From Actinomycetota bacterium (GTDB taxonomy: Bacteria > Actinomycetota > Acidimicrobiia > IMCC26256 > PALSA-610), in assembly GCA_052390615.1 (NCBI GenBank), contig JBQTGT010000017.1:70536-134535 (forward strand): DNA of 64,000 bases. Reading direction: 5' to 3'. Positions 17,538-24,992 of this stretch are shown here, one piece after another. The position numbers and the translations under genes are program-made. Positions within the stretch are counted from its first letter, which is position 1, and every line of letters begins with the position of its first letter. The notes under the pieces are model-generated. The model saw only the letters and a program-made list of their open reading frames with translations, did no database searches and was not told the DNA's origin.

Positions 17538-18881
17538 CTAGGTGGCCGCTCGGTTGGATGGCCACTCGGGCCGGTAGTAGCCGTCGAAACGCAGCTCGCC
17601 CCCGCGCAGCTCGCGGATGGTCAGGAAGTCGCCCTTGTAACCCTTGTGGTCTCCTGGCCAGAACTGCACGTACGTCCCGGGGCCACCGTTGGTCGCGGGC
17701 ATCCACCGGATCCGCTCCAGACCGTCTCTCACGTCGCGCGGCGTGGGGATGCGCGCATTGGCGATGCCGTGAATCGCGGCGCGCGCGGTGTCGTAGGCGA
17801 GCGCAACAACGACATTGCGCGTCGCCCGGCCGAATCGCTGCTCGAACCGGCGGATCATCGCGTCGTAGTTCGCGTTGGTGCCCTCTTCGCCCAGCTGGTC
17901 GACGCCGTGCCATCCTTCGAGCCCTTCGGCCCACTTGTTGGAGTTCGAATAGAACATGAACGCGGTTCCCATCACCCGCGGCGGATCCCAGTCGAGCGCG
18001 CGGAACGCATCCGCGAAATGAAATGTCGAGTAGCCGTACCCGCCGTAGTAAATGCCTTCGGTGCCCATGTCGCGCATCTCGCCGAGCTGCTCCTTGAGGT
18101 TGCGAGGATTCGGCTCCAGCATCACCTCGCGCGTCACGATCAGGCCGAGGCGCATCGCGGTGTCGCGAAAGAAGTCGGCGTAGTCACGACCGGACGATCC
18201 CGCCTCCCAGAAGAGACCCACCTTCCTCAGGCCCTGCTGGTGCAGCCAGTTGGCGCACATGACGCCTTCGGTCGGGATGTCGCCGTTGGCGACGGTGAAG
18301 CAGTAATCGCTGGCGAACCGGTGCGCGCCGGTCCGGCCGATGACCGACACGCCGGTCTCGTCGGCGATCGGCTGGAGCGTCAGGCAGTTGTCGGAGATCA
18401 TTGGCTCGAGAACGATGACGCAACCCTGCTCGACGAGCCAGCGATAACCGGCGATGAGCTTGCGGTAGTTCTCGCGCGGCAGCCCGCGTGCGTCGCACGT
18501 GACGATCGCGACGGGGCTACGCCCCCACACGCCCTCGTTGAGCGCGTCCTCGAGCGCGAGGATCGTCGGATCGATCCAATCGGCGAGCAGCTGGCCGAGA
18601 TCCATGTCGACGAGCACACCGATCTTCACGGGCTCGAACGGATCGCCTTGCGTTGCGAGGCCTCGCGTCGGTGGGTACACGACGATCTCGGCGACCGCCT
18701 TTTCGCTCGCGCTTCCGCCACCCTCGTACCAAGCGTTCCCGTCACCGCCGCGGCCTTCCAGGTGCGAGCTCGTGCCGAAGGCAACGCTGCACACCGCGCG
18801 ATCAGGCGCGATCCCGTGGTCGACGGGCGCGGGAAACATCCGCTGCGCGTAGTGGTACCTGGGCGTTGCATCTCCGGCCAT
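17538..18881 (-). CDS. Solute-binding-like protein (Peripla_BP_6 / branched-chain amino-acid-binding fold), no obvious signal peptide
   Basis: ..VKIGVLVDMDLG..IAGYRWLVEQGCVIVLEPMISDN.. layout. Start at MAGDATPRY is approximate. No hydrophobic N-terminus is visible from any candidate start. Confidence 0.65.
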   Translation of the reverse strand: MAGDATPRYHYAQRMFPAPVDHGIAPDRAVCSVAFGTSSHLEGRGGDGNAWYEGGGSASEKAVAEIVVYPPTRGLATQGDPFEPVKIGVLVDMDLGQLLADWIDPTILALEDALNEGVWGRSPVAIVTCDARGLPRENYRKLIAGYRWLVEQGCVIVLEPMISDNCLTLQPIADETGVSVIGRTGAHRFASDYCFTVANGDIPTEGVMCANWLHQQGLRKVGLFWEAGSSGRDYADFFRDTAMRLGLIVTREVMLEPNPRNLKEQLGEMRDMGTEGIYYGGYGYSTFHFADAFRALDWDPPRVMGTAFMFYSNSNKWAEGLEGWHGVDQLGEEGTNANYDAMIRRFEQRFGRATRNVVVALAYDTARAAIHGIANARIPTPRDVRDGLERIRWMPATNGGPGTYVQFWPGDHKGYKGDFLTIRELRGGELRFDGYYRPEWPSNRAAT

Positions 18882-18950
18882 GACTCGATGCGACGTACGC
18901 CTGCCGGCGCGGCGACAGCCGGCTGCCGACGCGCCCGGCCGACCTCCTGA

Positions 18951-19011
18951 TTTCTCCACAGAGTCGATTCGCGGTCGCCGAGCGACCGGAACTCGACTCT
19001 GTGGACAGAAA
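18951..19011. repeat. Repeat family C, intact copy: ~61-nt nested hairpin
   Basis: Outer arms ccacagagtcga / tcgactctgtgg (12 bp perfect, extendable). Inner stem cggtcgc-cga-gcgaccg. Located in a divergent intergenic region. Confidence 0.7.
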
Positions 19012-19038
19012 CGCGGCGCGTTTGGCACCCTTCGGGCC

Positions 19039-19647
19039 ATGACCGACACGTTCCACGACGACCACCGCTACTGGCAGGACCGGTTCGACTCGCGCCGGAT
19101 CGCCGACCGGATCGACTCGCTCCTCGTCGTCGACCATGTCGACGCGCACGCCAAGCAGTTCATCGAGTCGCGCGACATGTTCTTCCTAGCGACGTGCGAC
19201 GACGACGGTCATCCGCAGTGCTCGTACAAGGGCGGTGACCCCGGTTTCGTGCGCGTGGTTGACGATCGAACGCTCGCGTTCGCCGTGTACGACGGCAACG
19301 GCATGTTCTTGTCGCTGGGCAACATCCGCCAGCACGCGAACGTCGGCATGTTGTTCGTCGACTTCGAACATCCGAACCGGCTGCGCGTCAACGGCGTTGC
19401 GACGGTGGACGAGCGCGACCCGCTGTTGTCCGAATTCGCCGGCGCGCGCCTTGTCGTGCGGGTGCAAACGACGCACGTGTTTCCGAATTGCTCGCGCTAC
19501 ATCCACCAGATGCAGCTCGTCGGGCGCTCGAAGTTCGTTCCGAAAGCGGACGTGGAGCCGCCAATCCCGGACTGGAAGCGCACGACGTGGGCGCGGGAGC
19601 ATCTGCCGGCGGGCGACCCGGCCAAGGACGCGGATCCGATCGCGTAA
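19039..19647 (+). CDS. Pyridoxamine 5'-phosphate oxidase family (FMN-binding split-barrel) protein
   Basis: Trimmed to MTDTFHDDHRYWQDRF... ..MFFLATCDDDGHPQCSYKGG..FVRVVDDRTLAFAVYDGNGMFLSLGNI... Confidence 0.75.
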   Translation: MTDTFHDDHRYWQDRFDSRRIADRIDSLLVVDHVDAHAKQFIESRDMFFLATCDDDGHPQCSYKGGDPGFVRVVDDRTLAFAVYDGNGMFLSLGNIRQHANVGMLFVDFEHPNRLRVNGVATVDERDPLLSEFAGARLVVRVQTTHVFPNCSRYIHQMQLVGRSKFVPKADVEPPIPDWKRTTWAREHLPAGDPAKDADPIA

Positions 19648-19841
19648 TCGCAATCCGAACGAACGCGCGCGCCCGGAGAACAAAAGAGCTCGGGTCGCCG
19701 GGCGGCGGCGGGCGGTCCGACCGGCCAGCGACCCGAGCAACCGCATCGGCACGGGGCGCCACGGGCCGACACGGCAGAACTTCGCAGGGGTACGGACCAG
19801 TCTCGCCTGATTTGGGCGGATGTCAAGCCGGAGTCACGGCG

Positions 19842-20234
19842 TCACTCGCGGATGTTCGGGGACAGCGCGTAGCCCTCCGCGCGCCAACCCGCGATCCCAC
19901 CGAGCATCTCCTTCACCGCGTGGCCGAGCGCCGCGAGCTTGGCCGCGGCGTGCGTCGCCGCGTTGCAGTGCGGACCCGCGCAGTACGTGACGACGACCGC
20001 GTCGCGTGGGATCCATGCCGTTGTTTCGACACTGATCGTGCAATGCGGCAGGCTGCGCGCGCCGGGGATGTGGCCGGCTGCGTACTCCCGTTCACTGCGC
20101 GCGTCCACGACAACGAACTTCGCGACGCCACCGGCCAGATCCATCCAGACGTCGGCGCAGTCGGTTTCGAAGCGCGCCCGTGCCGCGAAGTGGCGCGCGG
20201 CCTCGTCGGCCGGTGCCGCGGGCGTCGCGCTCAC
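19842..20234 (-). CDS. Rhodanese-like domain protein
   Basis: ..FVVVDARSEREYAAGHIPGARSLP..VVVTYCAGPHCNAA..LGGIAGWRAEG... The start is uncertain. Confidence 0.7.
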   Translation of the reverse strand: MSATPAAPADEAARHFAARARFETDCADVWMDLAGGVAKFVVVDARSEREYAAGHIPGARSLPHCTISVETTAWIPRDAVVVTYCAGPHCNAATHAAAKLAALGHAVKEMLGGIAGWRAEGYALSPNIRE

Positions 20235-20511
20235 GCGCGATCGGTGGACGGGTGTCGCGTCGGTCCTGCTCACCGGGTCGAACGCACGCACGCAGCGTGT
20301 TGGTGTCCGCACCAGCACGAGAAGCGGACCTCGAAGCCGCCAGTGGTTCGGTGCATGTCGAGGATGCGACCGGTGGGTATCAGCACGGTGCGATCCTGGG
20401 TTGGGCAGCGGGCGTCGAACATTCGTCGATCGTGCGCCCGACCGGGCTGGACACGAGTGGCGAGAACGACCATCATCGCGAGAATCCTGCCAGCTCCAAA
20501 GGGGGCGTCAG

Positions 20512-21507
20512 ATGCCGACCGGCTCGCACGCCGTCGTCGCGGTGGCCCTGCCGGGCGACCACGCGTTCGAGCTCGGAATCGCGTGTGAGGTGTTCGGCCT
20601 CGACCGGCCCGAGCTCGGCGTGTCGTGGTACGAGTTCCGCGTCTGCGCGCCCGAGGGCCGCGTCGACATGGGCGGGTTCTGGCTCGACACGCCGCACCGC
20701 CTCGACGTGCTCGCCGACGCGGACACGATCATCGTGCCGGTCGCCGCGACGGAGGCCGAACTGCCGGCGCCGCTCGTCGAGGCACTCGCCGCTGCGCACG
20801 CGCGGGGGGCGCGGCTGGTGTCGTACTGCAGCGGCGCGTTCGCGCTGGCCGCGGCGGGCGCCCTCGACGGGCGTCCCGCTACCACGCACTGGATGTACGC
20901 CCGCCGCCTCGCGGAGCGGTATCCGGCCGTACGCGTGCTTCCCGACGTGCTGTACGTCGACGACGGGCAAGTGCTGACCTCGGCCGGAACGTCGGCGGGC
21001 ATCGATCTGTCGCTGCACATCGTGCGCAACGATTACGGCAGCGCTGTCGCGAACGCGGTGGCGCGCCGCATGGTCGTGCCCCCGCACCGAGACGGTGGGC
21101 AGGCCCAGTTCGTCGACCAGCCGCTCCCCGCCGACGCGGGCGCGACGCTCGGTCCGACGCTGGAGTGGATCGTCCACAACATGGCGGAGCCGCTCACGGT
21201 CGAGCACATGGCCGCCCATGCACTCATGAGCACGCGCACGTTCATGCGCCGGTTTCGCGCGGTCGCGGGCACCACGCCGTTGCGGTTCCTCCTGCAACAG
21301 CGCGTCGGGCACGCCCGACGCCTGTTGGAGACGACCGCCGAGCCGGTCGAGCGCATCGCGCAGGAGTGCGGCTTCGGCACCGCGGCCAACCTGCGGCTCC
21401 ATTTCCAACGCGCGGTCGCGACGACGCCGACGCGCTACCGCCGCTCGTTCCGCGGCGGTGACGACCCGTTCGCGGACGACACCATCGCCGCCGCGAGCGC
21501 GGGCTGA
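20512..21507 (+). CDS. GlxA-type AraC family regulator (DJ-1/PfpI domain plus AraC HTH)
   Basis: Trimmed to MPTGSHAVVAVALPGDHAFELG... ..SYCSGAFALAAAGALDGRPATTHW.. followed by ..LSTRTFMRRFRAVAGTTPLRFL..IAQECGFGTAANLRLHF... Confidence 0.85.
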   Translation: MPTGSHAVVAVALPGDHAFELGIACEVFGLDRPELGVSWYEFRVCAPEGRVDMGGFWLDTPHRLDVLADADTIIVPVAATEAELPAPLVEALAAAHARGARLVSYCSGAFALAAAGALDGRPATTHWMYARRLAERYPAVRVLPDVLYVDDGQVLTSAGTSAGIDLSLHIVRNDYGSAVANAVARRMVVPPHRDGGQAQFVDQPLPADAGATLGPTLEWIVHNMAEPLTVEHMAAHALMSTRTFMRRFRAVAGTTPLRFLLQQRVGHARRLLETTAEPVERIAQECGFGTAANLRLHFQRAVATTPTRYRRSFRGGDDPFADDTIAAASAG

Positions 21508-21525
21508 GTGCGAGGATCGCGCCCG

Positions 21526-22101
21526 ATGTTGTGGCCCGACGAGCCGACAATCGGAGGTATCCCGCTGCGCGGTCGTCTCCTCGTCGCGGCGCCGCCCCTC
21601 GTCGACCCCAACTTCGATCGCACGGTCGTGCTCGTGCTCGAACACGGCGAGGACGGCGCGCTCGGCGTCGTGCTCAATCGCCCGAGCGGCACCGAGCTCG
21701 AGGAGGCGCTCCCCGACTGGGATGCGTTCGCGACCAAGCCGTCGGTCGTTTTCGTCGGTGGACCCGTGTGCCGCGACAGCGTGATCGCGCTGGCTCGCCG
21801 CGGCGCGACAGCCGCAGGCTGGGTGTCGGTGGTCGGCGATCTCGGCACGATCGACCTCGGCGTCTCACCGAGCGACGGTGCGGCAGGCTTGGCGGCGCTG
21901 CGGGTCTTCGTCGGCTACTCCGGTTGGAGCCCGGGACAACTCGAAGCCGAGATCGAGCAGGGCGGGTGGTTCATCGTCGACGCGGAGCCCACTGATCCGT
22001 TCGCGGCGCATCCCGACACCCTGTGGCGCGACGTGCTCCGGCGTCAGCGCGGACGGCTTCGCATCTTCGCGATGTGTCCGGAAGACCCGAGCACGAATTA
22101 G
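21526..22101 (+). CDS. YqgE/AlgH family protein (UPF0301)
   Basis: ..GRLLVAAPPLVDPNFDRTVVLVLEHGEDGALGVVLNRP..GYSGWSPGQLEAEI... A GTG at 21508 is an alternative start. Confidence 0.8.
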   Translation: MLWPDEPTIGGIPLRGRLLVAAPPLVDPNFDRTVVLVLEHGEDGALGVVLNRPSGTELEEALPDWDAFATKPSVVFVGGPVCRDSVIALARRGATAAGWVSVVGDLGTIDLGVSPSDGAAGLAALRVFVGYSGWSPGQLEAEIEQGGWFIVDAEPTDPFAAHPDTLWRDVLRRQRGRLRIFAMCPEDPSTN

Positions 22102-22147
22102 TGCTCCGTCCGCCAACGCGACAATCGTTGCCGGACGAAGCGTTGCA

Positions 22148-24913
22148 CTAGCCGCCCAAACGCAGGGGCGTGCTCTCCGAAACGGTCCAGGGCCCGGTGA
22201 GGTTGATGTAGGCCTGGTCGACCGAATCGCGCGGCATGGCACCGGCGGCGCCCCGAACCAGACCCTCCATGTCCTTCACCGACTGCGTCGTCACCATGGG
22301 GGCGGGCAGCTCGTTCTTTTCAGTGCCCCGCGCATTGTCGGTCGTCTTGGCTGCGCCGCGGTACTCGACCCCTGCCACATATACCAGCTCGTCGGCGGTA
22401 TCGACGTTCAGCCCGTTGCCCGGCTTGCGGAACGTCGAGTTCGCGTAGCTGCCGTACCCGAAGATCGAGTTGACGACGTTGCCAGACGCGTCGTTCTCGT
22501 AGCGCACGCCCCAGAGGACCCAGTCCTCGACGATGTTGTTCCGGAAGTCGACGAAGGCTTCGTTGGCGAGCGGGCCACGGACCCACTGCTTCTGCACCCA
22601 GTTGTGGTGCAGCGTCACGTTGTCGACGCCCTTGTACTTGATGAAGATGGACCGGGTGTTGCCGGCGAAGAACGAGTACTGGACGGTGACGTTCTTCGCG
22701 CCGTAGCCGATCGAGATTCCGTCGTCCTTGGCGCCCGTCGACGAGATGTGGCTGAACACGATGTTCTTCGCACCCTCGCCTTGAGCGCGGACGTTGTCGC
22801 CGCCGTTGCGGAACCGCATGTCACGCACGATCACGTTCTGGCTCCCGACGGCGAACGTCGCACTCTGCGAGAAGGCCAACGACGGCCCGCCGACGAGCGT
22901 GACGCCGTTGCCTTCGACCGTGACGTTGTTCGCCGTCAAGTTGAGCGGCGAGTTCACCGTGATCGGACCACGGGTCGTGAAGACGATCCGAGACTTCTTG
23001 CCTGCATTGCTGTTCGTCTTGGCCTTCGCGAGCGCCGCCTTGACCGCGGCTTCGGTCGGCGTGCACACGATGATCAGCTCGCCACCGTTGCCACCGGAGG
23101 TGACGCCGAAGCCTTGCAGGGGCTCGCTCGAGGGCGGCGCGGGTGCGTTCGTGCACGACCCCGGGCCGGATGGCGTCGTACTTCCGGGCGTCGTCGTCGT
23201 CGGCGTCGTGTCGCCCGGTTCGCGCACGGTGATCTGGACGGTGGCCGTGTCGGTCGCCGTGCCGTCGCTCACCGTGACCCGTGCGCTGTAGGTGCCGGCA
23301 CGACCGTAGGTGTGGGTCGCGCGGGCTCCAGTCGTCGGCGCCCCGGGCCCGACGGGCAGCATCGGACGGTAGGCCGGCACCGTGCACTTCCGGCGCTGGA
23401 GTTCCAACTTGGCTTCGCCCACGTTCTCGGCCGTCCTGTTGGCGTCAGTTCGACCCGGGAAGCCGCCGAGGCGCGCTTGCTCCTCGCTCTCGCGGCTGTA
23501 GAGGTATGCGAACGCGTACCGCGCGCAGCCGTCGAGGTCGTGCACGTCGGCGTCGTTGTACAGGTAGAGCGCGCCGAGGTCGTGGCCGATGCGCATCAGG
23601 AACAAGCGTGAGATCTGGTCGATACGCCGAAAGTTGCTGTCGGTGAACGGCGCGTTCGAAGTAATCCCGGTCAGCGGCGCGAACTTGGCCGCCGCCGCGA
23701 GGTACATCGGGACCGACGACCGCTTGTTCGCGTCGCCGCCCTTCTCGCGTACCTCGTCGGCGGCGCGGTACGCGACGCGCGCGTCTGTGACGGCTTGGCC
23801 GGCGTCGGCCGCGGCGGCCGTACCGGCAGTACCGTCGCCGAAGTCGAACGTGTACGTGAGCGGGTCGCGGTCGGCGTCCGCAGACGTAGACGCGTCGAGC
23901 GTGACCTGGAGCGGCCCGACACCGCTCGCCGGTGTCGCCGCGATGCGGGCGTCGGGCGCGTGGTTGCCGTTGGGGCCGGTCGTCGGTGGCGTCGTGTTCG
24001 GAGGACGCGTCGTCGGCGGCGTCGAGCTGCCGCCCGCGGCACGGAGGATCGCAATTCCGCCTGGTCCCGAACCGGCGTTGAGTTGGGTGACCCAGCTTGT
24101 CTGCGCCGCGAAGCCGTTTCCTGTGTTGCGGAACGCCTTCTTGAGCTGGGCACCGGTATTGATGACGAGCAGGTCGGGACGGCCGTTGCCGTCGACGTCG
24201 GCCGCACCGGGTATGGCGTCGCTGCCGACATCGGGCGTGTCCCACTGCGGCGCGCGGGTGAAGGGCGCGGTTGCGTTCCCGGTACCGAGGAATGCGGAGA
24301 TGCTCCCGTCGCGCAGTCCGACGACGAGATCGGTCTTGCCGTCGCGGTTGAAGTCGGCAGTGGCGGGGCGAGGGTACGAACCGTTCAGGTTCTGGTTCCA
24401 CTGCGGCTTCTTGGCCCACGCGGGTGCGTTCCGTGTGCCGACGTTCTCGAGCGCGACGACGTCGAACTGACCGGCGGAGACGCCGACGAGCAGGTCCTGG
24501 TCGCCGTCGCGGTCGAGGTCGGCCGTCGCGGGTGCGGGGACTGAATCGAAGTCGAACTTCGGGTCCCAGTTGCTGGCGGGTGCCCAGCGCGGCGCGCCGT
24601 CGCTGCCGTCGTTGCGGAACGCGCGTACGTATCCACCGCTCTCACCGACGAGAGCATCGAGGTCGCCGTCGCCGTCGAGGTCGGCCAGCGTCGGGTGCGC
24701 GTTCGAGCCCGCGTCCGGAATGTCCATGGCCGAGTCGCGCGCCCAGTCGCCGCCGATGTGCGCGCTGCGGTACGCCCAGCTCTTGCCGTCGGAGCGACCG
24801 AGGTACGCGATCAGTGCGTCGTCGGCGGCTGCCCCCGCGGGCACCAAGCTCGCGAACGTGCTGAACGCCAACACTGCGCCGAGCGCAGCTCCGCTACCCC
24901 GCCGTACGTCCAT
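22148..24913 (-). CDS. Secreted multidomain protein: FG-GAP/VCBS repeats, PKD domain with a large insert, pectate-lyase-like beta-helix (paralog 1)
   Basis: Trimmed to MDVRRGSGAALGAVLAFSTFASLVPAGAAA. Repeated ..DLDGDGDLDALVG.. / ..DLDRDGDQDLLVG.. motifs. ..YTFDFGDG.. and ..THTYGRAGTYSARVTVSDG... C-terminal ..NTRSIFIKYKGVDNVTLHHNW..RGPLANEAFVDFRNNIVEDW... Confidence 0.85.
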   Translation of the reverse strand: MDVRRGSGAALGAVLAFSTFASLVPAGAAADDALIAYLGRSDGKSWAYRSAHIGGDWARDSAMDIPDAGSNAHPTLADLDGDGDLDALVGESGGYVRAFRNDGSDGAPRWAPASNWDPKFDFDSVPAPATADLDRDGDQDLLVGVSAGQFDVVALENVGTRNAPAWAKKPQWNQNLNGSYPRPATADFNRDGKTDLVVGLRDGSISAFLGTGNATAPFTRAPQWDTPDVGSDAIPGAADVDGNGRPDLLVINTGAQLKKAFRNTGNGFAAQTSWVTQLNAGSGPGGIAILRAAGGSSTPPTTRPPNTTPPTTGPNGNHAPDARIAATPASGVGPLQVTLDASTSADADRDPLTYTFDFGDGTAGTAAAADAGQAVTDARVAYRAADEVREKGGDANKRSSVPMYLAAAAKFAPLTGITSNAPFTDSNFRRIDQISRLFLMRIGHDLGALYLYNDADVHDLDGCARYAFAYLYSRESEEQARLGGFPGRTDANRTAENVGEAKLELQRRKCTVPAYRPMLPVGPGAPTTGARATHTYGRAGTYSARVTVSDGTATDTATVQITVREPGDTTPTTTTPGSTTPSGPGSCTNAPAPPSSEPLQGFGVTSGGNGGELIIVCTPTEAAVKAALAKAKTNSNAGKKSRIVFTTRGPITVNSPLNLTANNVTVEGNGVTLVGGPSLAFSQSATFAVGSQNVIVRDMRFRNGGDNVRAQGEGAKNIVFSHISSTGAKDDGISIGYGAKNVTVQYSFFAGNTRSIFIKYKGVDNVTLHHNWVQKQWVRGPLANEAFVDFRNNIVEDWVLWGVRYENDASGNVVNSIFGYGSYANSTFRKPGNGLNVDTADELVYVAGVEYRGAAKTTDNARGTEKNELPAPMVTTQSVKDMEGLVRGAAGAMPRDSVDQAYINLTGPWTVSESTPLRLGG

Positions 24914-24992
24914 GTACGGGCCCCCTGTCCGTGTTTTCGCCCACGGCATGTATATCGCCCGGTCGGCGGGGGCCGATATGGGTCTTTTGACG

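Noticed and set aside
19021-19038. TGGCAC-N5-GGGC resembling a sigma-54 -24/-12 promoter just upstream of the 19039 start
   Set aside because: The -12 element does not match TTGC. Sigma-54 is not expected in the actinobacterial-type background inferred here, and the element is too close to the ATG.
19648-19841. ~195-nt gap between convergent genes, examined for an ncRNA or terminator
   Set aside because: I saw no convincing stem-loop, repeat-family member or conserved motif by eye.
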